From: a virus
Length of the DNA stretch: 64,000 nt
IMG/VR virus record: IMGVR_UViG_3300044710_000080
Coordinates: 11,026 to 75,025 of that record
Reading direction: 5' to 3' (one strand)
Under the pieces are notes generated by a model, which was given only the letters and a program-made list of their open reading frames with translations, made no database searches and had not been told where the DNA came from. The position numbers were made by a program, and so were the translations under genes. Positions 27,864-37,196 of the stretch are shown in pieces. Position 1 is the first letter of the stretch. Every line of letters starts with the position of its first letter.

Positions 27864-29459
27864 TCAGGCGTGCCGGATGCGCGCCGCGTTCGGGTGGCGC
27901 TTGGCGAAGTCGTTCACCGCAGCCGTATCGACGGCGATCGTCTGTTCCGCGCCGCGGCGGTTCGGCTTCGGCGCGATGTCGAACATCGCCTCGTAGGCGG
28001 CTGCCGGGACCTTCGCGAGCACATCGTCCTTCACGCCGAGCATCCCCAGGGCGGTCTTGAAGACTTCGGGGGCGCTGTCGTGCGCAATCGCCAGCTTGCC
28101 GAAGAACGGCTCGACCTTGATCTCGGCGGCGCGGACCTCGCGCATCTGCTGCATGGTCGCCTTGCGGGTGTCTTCCGAGTTCTTGCGCAGCGCGGCATCC
28201 ATCGCGGTTTTCGTGACCATGTTCTTGTCCTGCGCTCCGCCGGTGTTCGGTTTGCTTTTGAACGGTGGGGGCTCGTCCTTACCGGCCGTGCGCTCTTTCT
28301 CGAGCCGCGCGGCCTTCTCTTCTTCGGTCTCCTCGGACTCTTCCTCGTCCTTGCCGGCGGCCGGATGCATCAGCTTCACGGCCTCCTCGATCGAGGCGTC
28401 GTCCATGCCCTTGCCCTTGAGGAACTCGCGCATCGGCCCTTCGTCGACCGTCGGCTGCTCCTCTTCGGGCTCTTCGTCCTTCTCGACGAACTCCTTGCCG
28501 ACCTTCTCGGGAATACCGAGCGTCGAGCTGCCATGCGCTGCGGCTTCCATCGCCTTGTGCTGCGGCTCGGAGACCGACTCGTCCCCCTGCTCGCCGCCCA
28601 TGTCCTCGAGCGCGTCGAGCATGTCGACGACGTGGCCGATCTTGGCGTCCTTCGCGAGCGGGACCTTCTTGGGATCCTTGAGGAAGGCCAGAATCTTCGG
28701 CTTCTCGTCTTTGAAGTTCTTGCGCGTCAGGTCCTTGAACAGCGGCAGGATGTCGATCTTCGCATCCTTGGCGAGGACCGGACCGAGCGCATGCGCGGTG
28801 AGTTGCAGAGCGCGGGCGGCAAAGCGGGTTGCGGGCATCTTCAGGTTCTCCTTCGAGTCGCCGACCACGACGTCCGGGCCGGCCCTGCCTTCCTCAACTA
28901 CTGCAGCGTGATTCACGACGATATCGCGCATCACTCCGTCATACGGCTCGCCCTCGTAATCGCCCGGCGTCATATCCGCGCGATAGTGGTAGCCCATCGA
29001 GATTTCTTTCTGCTCGCCGGAATCGATCGCCTCGATGGCGACCCCACTCCAGACGACCAGGCTGTTGTCGAGATACGGCGCGTTGAAGATGCCGTCGGTG
29101 CCCGTCGAGCCGATGACGAACTTCTTGACCTTGGCGTCGTAGTCTGGCGCCGTGACGGGGACGTGCTCGCTGAGCACAGGCTGATTGTTCGATGTCGCCG
29201 CTGCTTTGGCGAGTTCCTGCGGATCGCGCAGCAGCTGATAGACCTTCTTCGGATCGAGCCCGAGCTTCTCCCAATCCGGAATCTCCTCCCCGACGTAGGG
29301 ACAGATATTCGCCTTGCTGATGTGGGTGATTGCGACGTGGAGCCGACCGTCCTTGTCGATAGTGCGGGCCGAACCCCGGTCCAGCGCGATGACGTTGGCG
29401 GCCACTCGTGACCGGCCGGCCGCCTCGTCCATCGCTAGATTGTTCCACGGGATTGGCAA
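27864..29459 (-). CDS. Prohead protease / scaffold (DUF2213)
   Basis: DGRLHV...ISKA.ICPY.G.EIP, LR.P.EL.KAA.T, EISMGY.Y..DMT.G..YDG.MRDI..NH.A.V..GRAG.DV.V.DS; acidic C-terminal scaffold. Confidence 0.85.
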   Translation of the reverse strand: MPIPWNNLAMDEAAGRSRVAANVIALDRGSARTIDKDGRLHVAITHISKANICPYVGEEIPDWEKLGLDPKKVYQLLRDPQELAKAAATSNNQPVLSEHVPVTAPDYDAKVKKFVIGSTGTDGIFNAPYLDNSLVVWSGVAIEAIDSGEQKEISMGYHYRADMTPGDYEGEPYDGVMRDIVVNHAAVVEEGRAGPDVVVGDSKENLKMPATRFAARALQLTAHALGPVLAKDAKIDILPLFKDLTRKNFKDEKPKILAFLKDPKKVPLAKDAKIGHVVDMLDALEDMGGEQGDESVSEPQHKAMEAAAHGSSTLGIPEKVGKEFVEKDEEPEEEQPTVDEGPMREFLKGKGMDDASIEEAVKLMHPAAGKDEEESEETEEEKAARLEKERTAGKDEPPPFKSKPNTGGAQDKNMVTKTAMDAALRKNSEDTRKATMQQMREVRAAEIKVEPFFGKLAIAHDSAPEVFKTALGMLGVKDDVLAKVPAAAYEAMFDIAPKPNRRGAEQTIAVDTAAVNDFAKRHPNAARIRHA

Positions 29460-29510
29460 CTCGCCACTTCCTAGGTCGGAAGTGCGGAACCTACATGCAT
29501 CTAGTGGGCT

Positions 29511-29539
29511 TTGACTACGGGACTAACTAGTGCTAGATG
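29511..29539 (+). promoter_or_regulatory. Putative sigma70 promoter
   Basis: TTGACT-17-TAGATG upstream of AAGGAG and ATG 29568. Confidence 0.45.
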
Positions 29540-29567
29540 GTGCGGCACTCCAAGGAGACCCCCGATA

Positions 29568-29915
29568 ATGGATGATGTTGCATATCGAGCAAAGTTGATC
29601 GCGTCAGGCGTCATCCCGGATCGGCTTGAAGAACTCTCTGGTCACCAATTGGATTGCGTCGGCAACATTGTCGATGTTTATCGGACGACGATGCGCAAGC
29701 AAAATCCGGCGCGGTTCGAGATTCTTCAAGCCGCAGCCTTCATCGACTCCGTCGCGAATCGTGAGCCTTGGTATTACCGCAGTGCTCTCAGGCAAGGACC
29801 GGCGGTGAAAGATTGGGATCGGTGGGAGTGGGGCACCGCCCGCGGCAATCGGAATCTATCTCTAATGATTGGATGTCTCGGTGTAGTGCTGATCTTGATT
29901 GGCATCTGCTCATGA
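29568..29915 (+). CDS. Hypothetical protein with C-terminal TM helix
   Basis: RBS AAGGAG; ends LSLMIGCLGVVLILIGICS. Confidence 0.5.
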   Translation: MDDVAYRAKLIASGVIPDRLEELSGHQLDCVGNIVDVYRTTMRKQNPARFEILQAAAFIDSVANREPWYYRSALRQGPAVKDWDRWEWGTARGNRNLSLMIGCLGVVLILIGICS

Positions 29916-30067
29916 AAACCCGCACCACCATCTACCTCCCGCCCTCCCTCAAGAAACTCATCGAGGACAGCGCGGACGAAAAGGGCCAGACGCTCTCCAT
30001 GTGGATCGAGCGAGCATGCCGCGCCGCACTCACGCCGGCGGAAGAGAAACAAGCGCAGCCCGTTTGA
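29912..30067 (+). CDS. Ribbon-helix-helix (CopG/Arc-like) regulator
   Basis: MKTRTTIYLPPSLKKLIEDSADEKGQTLSMWIERAC; ATGA overlap. Confidence 0.7.
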   Translation: MKTRTTIYLPPSLKKLIEDSADEKGQTLSMWIERACRAALTPAEEKQAQPV

Positions 30068-30211
30068 GCCGCGCCCGGTCGGCCTCGGCGCGCCAGCATT
30101 TGCCGCAGAGATCGTGATCCGGCTTCGGGGAGCGAACCCGATACCGCCCGCGCTTGGAGCGCACAGCGCGCACCGGCCGTCCACATTGCGAGCATGCGCA
30201 GCAGCGGCGCT

Positions 30212-31219
30212 TTAGGCCCGCAGTCCTGGGATGATCGAGCGGCTCACGCATCGGCAGTTTATCGCCTGTCCGGGGTAGAGGAATCTCTTCTCTGCTGGGT
30301 CGTACCAGCCGGTCGCAATGTCATAGGGCTTCCCGCTATTGGCAACATGCGTCGGCCGCGGCTCCTTCCCTCCCCCGGAATGTTGCCAGATGGCTTGAGT
30401 GATTCCTAACTCCTTTTGCCGTGCAGCCGTCATTGTCGCGGTCGCGAGATTATTTTGTGAACGAGCAATGAGTGCTGCCCGCCGCTTCGTCACCCCGAAT
30501 TGATCCTGCAACTCTTTCGATAGCGCACCGAGGTCGCGGCCGGCCTGAACTGAGCGTAACACCGCGCCCTGAACCTGCGTGAGGTATTGGGCCGGAATCG
30601 AACGGATGAGTTCAACCTGCTGCTGGATCGTGGCGTCGAGGACATCGCGCATCGCTGGCGTTAATTGAAATTTGACCGAGAATCCGGCATCCTGCAGGAT
30701 CGCCCGCAGGTTCGCGTCCGACCGATCCTTCATGGCGGTTGCGAAGTATTCCGCCAGCCGAGGGGCGGCGGCGTTAAAGTTCGCCTGCCAGCGCGCGGCG
30801 ACCCGCTCCATCGCAACCTTGAGCCCAGTCGCTGGGGTGACGAGATAGGCCATTGCCGCGTGGCCAGCCTCGGTGAGTTCGTAATTTAGCGCGCCCGAGG
30901 CCTGGCGCCGCAGGATGACGAACCCTTCCCGCTCCAAGTTGTCCAGGATGGCCTTTGCCGGGCTTGCGGGGTGCCTGGGTGCGGTTTGGCGCCCCTCTGC
31001 TACCCGCATGAGGTATTCGATTTCGGCCTCTGTAGGTTCGTAGGGGAGGTCGTCACGGGCGAGGACGGGAGGGTCGCGCCGCCACGCCGCGGTCGCCCAG
31101 TAGCAGAACGATTCATGCATCCGCGCGATGAGGCCCGTGAGTTTCCCCCGCATCAACGCCTCGAGCCCCGCGTTAGCGTGGACGGGGCGGAGCGATTTCT
31201 GTTTCGGGAGACGAGCCAT
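30212..31219 (-). CDS. MuF-like minor head (head morphogenesis) protein with an internal winged-helix-like insertion
   Basis: LI.SIP.QYL..V, RA.LIAR.Q, W.HS.GG..PR.TH, PGQ.INCRC. Confidence 0.85.
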   Translation of the reverse strand: MARLPKQKSLRPVHANAGLEALMRGKLTGLIARMHESFCYWATAAWRRDPPVLARDDLPYEPTEAEIEYLMRVAEGRQTAPRHPASPAKAILDNLEREGFVILRRQASGALNYELTEAGHAAMAYLVTPATGLKVAMERVAARWQANFNAAAPRLAEYFATAMKDRSDANLRAILQDAGFSVKFQLTPAMRDVLDATIQQQVELIRSIPAQYLTQVQGAVLRSVQAGRDLGALSKELQDQFGVTKRRAALIARSQNNLATATMTAARQKELGITQAIWQHSGGGKEPRPTHVANSGKPYDIATGWYDPAEKRFLYPGQAINCRCVSRSIIPGLRA

Positions 31220-31235
31220 TAGGCAACCGACTGGT

Positions 31236-31844
31236 TTACAACTGCACCACAATTGAAATCAGCAAATCTCGGAACTCGACCGGAGTCCGCAAGCGCTGAT
31301 TCTTGGAGAGACGTTGGCAGGCGCCCGTCTTGATCGCCCGCGCTCGTTCCTCCTTAGAGTGGAATCCATCCTCTAATCTTACAAAATCTCCCGGCGCCGG
31401 CCCCCAATGCAATTCGGGAGGATCGATGCCGCAAGCATAGAGCCATGTCGCCTTGCGAGCTCGATGCCCATACCATCCCTGCTCGACGCAGCATGTCCAA
31501 CCTGGCGCGAGCAAGCCGGCCGGCACCCATCCGCCTCCACGGGGCGGCGCATTGATTCCAAAATGCCGCCAAGCGTGGCTACCTTCCGGGTGTTCCAGAA
31601 TGCCGCCCCATGCCCTCACGGCCGCGAATGCTGCAGCAAAACAGCCGTCATCGTCCCCCAGCTTGAGACGCGGGAATGTCAATGGCGAGCCTCCCCAATA
31701 GCGGCCCCATCGTTCGCATGGCGGGTGCGCAACCACGGGATGATGCCCGGCATAGGTCCGCGCGTCTCGGTCTTTCCCCCACGGGTCAACGTTTGCCAGA
31801 CCGAAGTAGGGACCATCCTTTTCGACAAAGAGCGCGGCGATCAT
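31236..31844 (-). CDS. C5-cytosine-methyltransferase-like protein (divergent phage family)
   Basis: VVAHPPC (PC catalytic motif), LEHP (ENV-like), Q..YGH.ARK.TWL, R..TP..F. Confidence 0.55.
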   Translation of the reverse strand: MIAALFVEKDGPYFGLANVDPWGKDRDARTYAGHHPVVAHPPCERWGRYWGGSPLTFPRLKLGDDDGCFAAAFAAVRAWGGILEHPEGSHAWRHFGINAPPRGGGWVPAGLLAPGWTCCVEQGWYGHRARKATWLYACGIDPPELHWGPAPGDFVRLEDGFHSKEERARAIKTGACQRLSKNQRLRTPVEFRDLLISIVVQL

Positions 31845-31860
31845 CGTTGTAAACCGACTG

Positions 31861-34173
31861 TTAACGACGCCTGTAGACGGACACGGTGCCATTTGGGTGT
31901 GGCACATATTTGCTTTCGATCTTGCCGTCTGACACAAGGTTCTCCAATGCGTGCCGAACGGACGTAGATCCCCAGCAATTCATTCTGCTCCATATGCACC
32001 GCGCAGTTTCCCACTGACGGTTCACAGCAGAGAAGGTATCGTCTCGCACGGTCATTGTATATGGAGGGTTAGCGATTCACAATTCTCACGGGGCGATGGG
32101 ATCGAGCCGCGTCCGCTAGAATGCGCTGCCATTTCTTTGGCCGATGAGGCCCCGCCGCGCCGACATTCGGCTGTGGGTCATTGCGCGTGCCCTTCATAGT
32201 CGCGTGAGCGCGCTGTTTTCCGGGGCGATTGCCCTCGATGAATTTCGGAATTCTAGATGGGAACCCCATATCACATTCTCCCGTTCGTTGCTAACTTGGA
32301 GTTACCGACATTCGTCATTCCACATCGCCTCGTCCGAGGCGGCGATCAATTGGTTGAATGTCAGTCCTCTCGACCTCCCCGTTTTATCGGCACGCCCATT
32401 TGCGAAGCCATGTCGATAGCTTTCGGAGCGATTCGCGGACGGCTCTGGTGTGTCAAGATCAAAACCGTCCATGTACCCTTGGACCATTTCGTCATTGGCT
32501 GGCCGTCCGAATGGCATGATGACCTCGTTGCTAATCTTGGATTACCGATTCCTGTTTTCCCAAAACCTATCAAGCCATAGGGGGCCGTCTGGTTCATAGC
32601 GGAGCGGTTGATCCTGCATCCTCTTCCAAGTTTCGTTAGCCCACCTGACGATCTTTCCTTGTCTGCGGACCCATGACTCGCTGCGCACTATTCGTTGTGC
32701 CAATTCTGCGAGACTAAGACGCTTGACGATTTCAGTATTTTCGTCAGACATAAAAGTCACCCCGTTGCTAATTGCCCATTTCCACTCAGAATCCTTCCTT
32801 GCGGAAGTGGCAAACTGCGCAGCGCCCCTCAGTCGTTTCAGTCACTCCACCACAGTTCTGGCATCCAGTAAACTTCCGCTTTGGCAGACGTTCCTTAGCA
32901 ATCCTCCTAGCGAGTTTTTCCAGAATTTCTTTCATGTTCATGCCGGTAATCGCTTACTTGCGCGGCCTAAGCCAGTTGGGGATTTCACTCATCTGATTGC
33001 TCCGCTGTATCCTGCTCATTTGCCGCGGCCGCCCGGCGCTAGAAACGAAGGCATTGGCATTGCCGCCATCATCGCCGTGATGTGCTTCGCCAACGGTTCC
33101 TGCGCATCAATGTAGACGCGACGGATCAACGACGATAGTTCCGCATGGAAAGTTGCCTTGTCGTAATCGTCAGGAGGAGCCCAACGCTTGAAGAATGCCT
33201 CCGTCATGGCCTCGAAGATCATTTGATCCTTGGCCTCTTTTACCTTACCCATCATCGCGAGTTGAGTTGCCGTGTTCACTTTTAGCCTCCCGTGGTTATG
33301 TTGTCATTTACGATGTGCGCGGTTCTGCTGTCAGAAGAACGGCCATCAAACGGTAGGTTCCAATGAGGTCCAGATATTTCATGCCGGCGGCCATGGCCTC
33401 ATATGGAGCATCCCGCTCAAGCTGCTCGGCTACGCCGCCAACGCAGGACCATGCATCTTCTGGATCGGTGAGCCCCATCTGTCGGCAATGATCCAATGCG
33501 GCGGTGCGCCTATAAAGGGGAATCGGCTTCCCCATCGCGTCGAAGCCGTCGCCCGAACCAACCTTGGTCAGTCGCCTTGGCTTTTTCTGTCCAAGAAATT
33601 CGGCCATGTTCACTTCCCCTGCGTGGCTAAGCTGTCGTTACCGACTAAGGCCTCTTTGATTTCTCGCCAATGTGGCCACGTACGACCTATGCAACTCTTT
33701 CCTTGGCAGTGGTCGCAGTCGCATCCCTTCCGATATTCCCATCTGTAGCCCGGTCGTTTCTTCGGCGGCCTATGTGGGTTAACCATTGTTTACACCGAGC
33801 ACTCAGCGGAACCGGGCCAATGTCTTATGGCTCAAGGCGGTCGGGATTTGGAACAGGCACGGCCACCCCGACACTTTGCCCCGTGCGTCTACCTCCGGTT
33901 CCGCTCAGTGCTCCGTTGTAAAAGGGCCATGTACGACGCTCGCGCTTCGATCATGCGCCCCGCGCGTGAGGCGGGCCACGTTGTTCGGGCCACGCAAGCG
34001 GCTGTGCCCGTTTCCTCGCCATAGGTCCGCAACCAGAATGCCCGGTGAGCCTCCAAAGCCATGGCCTCGATCAGTTCCTCGCTTGGCGCCCCTGCCGCCT
34101 CGGCGGCGTACTCAAGTGCCTTTTCGTAGTTCCATCTGCCGTTCGACATTCCTAAACGGGCATCATGAAACAT
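31861..34173 (-). other. Run of short hypothetical ORFs (60-100 aa)
   Basis: Closely packed minus-strand ORFs with no recognised motifs. Confidence 0.4.
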
Positions 34174-34204
34174 GGCATGCCTATCCGGTTTTCACCCATA
34201 GCCG

Positions 34205-34555
34205 CTACATCTTGGTCCCGTAGCCGATTTCGGCGGACTTCGCGTTGAACACTTCGACGGCAGCATCGGCGACGCTAAACCCATGCGCTTGGCAAAGAAG
34301 ATCAAGGTACACGAACACGTCGCCAAGTTCCTTGCGAAGCTTCGCTTGAAGCTGTTCGGGGCTTTCTTTGTTGCCTGGGATGCCATCGCGGATGCGATTG
34401 AGCTTTTTCGCGACGTTTGCGGCCTCGCCCAACTCGCCCATGACGGCGACGAACCAGTCCGACGTGCTCCAATCGGCAAGCTTGTGGTTGAAGCCGAGCG
34501 GGCTTTCGCAGCGGTCCCGATTGGCTTGGCTGAACTGTCCGAACGTCATGGGCAT
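34205..34555 (-). CDS. mazG: MazG-like nucleotide pyrophosphohydrolase
   Basis: GELGEAAN..KK..R...L..ELGDV..Y. Confidence 0.8.
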   Translation of the reverse strand: MPMTFGQFSQANRDRCESPLGFNHKLADWSTSDWFVAVMGELGEAANVAKKLNRIRDGIPGNKESPEQLQAKLRKELGDVFVYLDLLCQAHGFSVADAAVEVFNAKSAEIGYGTKM

Positions 34556-35109
34556 CGTCTACTCCTAGTCGCTGTGGGCGTTAACCGGATAGGCATGAAA
34601 CATGGAATACAGAGGGTGGCCCTGCGGCGGCCATCTTTTCTCGTCGTGAAAATCAAAATGCGGCAGCCATGCCCCTGCCGGCTCGGAAGCTGACAGGGGC
34701 GGGGTTTTATCGAGTGTCCCGAAGGAATGTTGCATCACCTCACTTTCTGCCGGCGCCGCGGGAGGCCGCAGGGCGCGGATGGCGGCGGCGATACGGCTTG
34801 ACGCGCCGACTTGGCCCGCGAGAATGTGCGTGCCAACTTCGTCGTCTTGTGCAGACGCCTCACAGGCCGCGCGTTCTTCGTCGGCCACCTGTGCCACCGC
34901 CTCGATCCCCGCCGCGAAGCCCTGCTGCCACTGGATAGTGCGGCCAATTTCGGCAGCGACAGCTTCACCCGCTGGTGTCAAGGGCAGCGTTGTTGCCCCG
35001 GCGGCCTGCGCTGCGGCGAGCGCGGCGCGCAGAGCCTTGTCAACGCTCGGATTGGCGTACCAGGACTCGTTGTAAGCCTTGCGTGCCAATTCAAATTGCG
35101 CGTCCGTGA

Positions 35110-35746
35110 TCATGACTGCACCTTGGGCAGAGTAGACGTGAGCAGCACTAATTCCGACACGCCTTCCTGATAATGGAAAATCTTAGAGACCGCCCGCCAA
35201 CGATGGCCATCCCATTGTTGCAATACGTTTTCGACCCAACGGGTTTCGCCAACATAGGGCTTCATGGCTGCACCTTGGGGAACAGGGCGAGCCACAAACG
35301 CCGCATCCACGGATAGCACCGACACCGCTTCTGACCGTAATATCGACAGGCGAGGTTACGACAAATGTGTGGTTCGCTCATGGCTGCACCTTGGGGAACT
35401 TGGCGATGACGGCGCGAGCCTGTTCAAAGCGCCGGCAGTTTTTGTCGGTGCATGGCGGCCGTTCTGGATGATCGTCCATGACGCATGTCGGGACGCCGGG
35501 GCCGTGGTCTGATTGGCAAATGGCCCGCGCCACCTCTTCCTCCGTCGGCCGGGCGCGGAGGCGGGCGATCTCGGCGGCCAACGTATTGACTGCCTTCACG
35601 GTGTCGTCAGCGTCCACGGTCCCGTCGTCGATTTCCTTGCCGTCCACGTCGCCGACGAATTGCTCAAGCGCGTCGAGGCTGGCCTTGACGTTTACGGGGA
35701 GCGTGCTCCAATCCGAGAAGGTTGTCATGGGTGCACCTTGGGGAAC
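35110..35746 (-). repeat. Four copies of an 18-22 bp gene-junction repeat (GTTC)CCCAAGGTGCA(G/C)(C/T)CATGA
   Basis: Copies at 35110-35127, 35262-35283, 35378-35399 and 35725-35746. Each contains the SD and the overlapping ATG/TGA. Confidence 0.85.
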
Positions 35747-35904
35747 AAGGCGATGACGCGTTGCGCCACTCCTGACTTGTATGAAGCTACCCGACATGCG
35801 CCTTTGATTACACTCTGTGGATGTTGGCAACCCAGCGGGCAGCAGATCGCCCTCGCCACCTCTTCCTCCGTCGGGCGGGCGCGGAGACGGGCGATCTCGG
35901 CGGC
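35528..35904. repeat. 51-bp direct repeat encoding AAEIARLRARPTEEEVA in two adjacent ORFs
   Basis: 35528-35578 and 35854-35904, two mismatches. Confidence 0.85.
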
Positions 35905-36075
35905 TGACTCGGTACGATCAGCTTCGATGGCATCTGCGATAGCTTCCGCAACGACGACCTGCTGGCTGACCAGCATACCCTTGTGTCGGACATTCGATGT
36001 CCAGGCAAATTTATTTACAATCTCGGTGGCGATCAATTCGGGAGATTTCATCGTATCCTCGATGGTCATCAGGTA

Positions 36076-36852
36076 TTACCGACTCGCGAAAAGGCCGAGT
36101 GCGCCATTTTGCGCCGCGTACCAGTTCCGCATGTACCGCGACCGATACGCGATGGTGCATGACGGCTCGCCATTGGCTTGACGCTCTCGCCGAGCTGCAA
36201 AGTCCCACGCTTGACTGTCGATAGAGAAGATGCGTGGGTGGCCGGCGAGGGCCGAGATTGCTGATCCCTTCACGCCGAATAGGTGTAGACGAACGTGCGG
36301 CGGGAGTTCCTTTTCAAGCTGGGTGATCACGCGAAGGATTCCGGCCGGGCCGGTTAGCGCACGGCGGCAGACCGAGCCGACGCCAACGAGCGCCGGGAGG
36401 TCGGGGATCATATCGGCACAGCGCAGATAGTCGTCGGGAAACCAGCCCTGAAGCACAGGCATGGGCGGCGGAACGCCAAGATCATCCGCGACCTGCCGCG
36501 CCCAATCAAGTTTGAACGCTGTCCGCGTGACACGCTCTAAGACCTCCGCGCGGTTGCCGGCGATCTCAGGTTCGCAACAGTAATCCGGCGCAGCCCACCA
36601 TGTCGGACGCATCCGGCCGGCAAGGCGCACATAGTCGCCCAAGGTCCAGCGGTAGCCCCAGTAGCGGAACATCGCGACAAACCCGGCGCTATCGAGCGCC
36701 ACATCAGCGTCACCAAAAACCGCCCCGTTTGGCAGGCCAAACCGGCCGCCGCGCCAAAAAGCATTCGCACTCACCAGGATCGGCGCACCCAATTCCTTCG
36801 CGACCGCAGAGAAGCGGCGGAAGGAGGATGGAATGCCGAGGCGAATCAACAC
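36076..36852 (-). CDS. dpdA: DpdA / tRNA-guanine transglycosylase-like protein (putative 7-deazaguanine DNA insertion enzyme)
   Basis: LDSAGF, DYCCEP, PVLQGW, GVGSVCRR, LHLFGVKG, SIDSQAW: the TGT-fold motif order with both acidic catalytic positions. Confidence 0.7.
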   Translation of the reverse strand: MLIRLGIPSSFRRFSAVAKELGAPILVSANAFWRGGRFGLPNGAVFGDADVALDSAGFVAMFRYWGYRWTLGDYVRLAGRMRPTWWAAPDYCCEPEIAGNRAEVLERVTRTAFKLDWARQVADDLGVPPPMPVLQGWFPDDYLRCADMIPDLPALVGVGSVCRRALTGPAGILRVITQLEKELPPHVRLHLFGVKGSAISALAGHPRIFSIDSQAWDFAARRERQANGEPSCTIAYRSRYMRNWYAAQNGALGLFASR

Positions 36853-36855
36853 AGG

Positions 36856-37080
36856 CTACCAGCCTATGTAGGTGCGGACGTTCGCCGCGTTCGGCGGCGA
36901 AACTATGTGCGCAGCCTCAAGATAACCCATGATCCGCATGGCATGGCTGTACGGGATTTGCATCTTCCGTTGAAGATAGGAAGTTGAGGGTTTTTCCTTC
37001 ACGAAGGCGGTTGCGGCTGCAATCTCAGCCTCGGTCAGGTCGGCGCCAGCATAGATTTCGTCGCGGCCTGGAAGTGACAT
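36856..37080 (-). CDS. Stand-alone FtsK gamma (winged-helix) domain protein
   Basis: A..FV...PSTSYLQRK.QI.Y..A.RIM..LE...IVSP......R. Confidence 0.75.
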   Translation of the reverse strand: MSLPGRDEIYAGADLTEAEIAAATAFVKEKPSTSYLQRKMQIPYSHAMRIMGYLEAAHIVSPPNAANVRTYIGW

Positions 37081-37167
37081 GCCTCGCCTCCACGTCGTTG
37101 ATTTACGCGGGTGGTATCTCGACACATGGAAAAATTCGATGGCCATTCGTTGTACACTCACCGTTAA

Positions 37168-37196
37168 CGCTTAAGGGAAAATCGTCCCCGCGTCAA
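37168..37196 (-). promoter_or_regulatory. Promoter with operator in the spacer, upstream of the FtsK-gamma/DpdA/MazG/MTase block
   Basis: TTGACG-CGGGGACGATTTTCCCT(17)-TAAGCG. Confidence 0.7.

Noticed and set aside
25802-29411. Long plus-strand ORFs (752 aa and 528 aa) and similar shadow ORFs throughout the track
   Set aside because: They are antisense to clear capsid/protease genes and Arg/Gly-rich; an artefact of high-GC codon bias.
35110-35746. CRISPR array suggested by four short repeats
   Set aside because: Spacing is irregular (about 115-350 bp), the repeats are coding gene junctions, and there are no cas genes.
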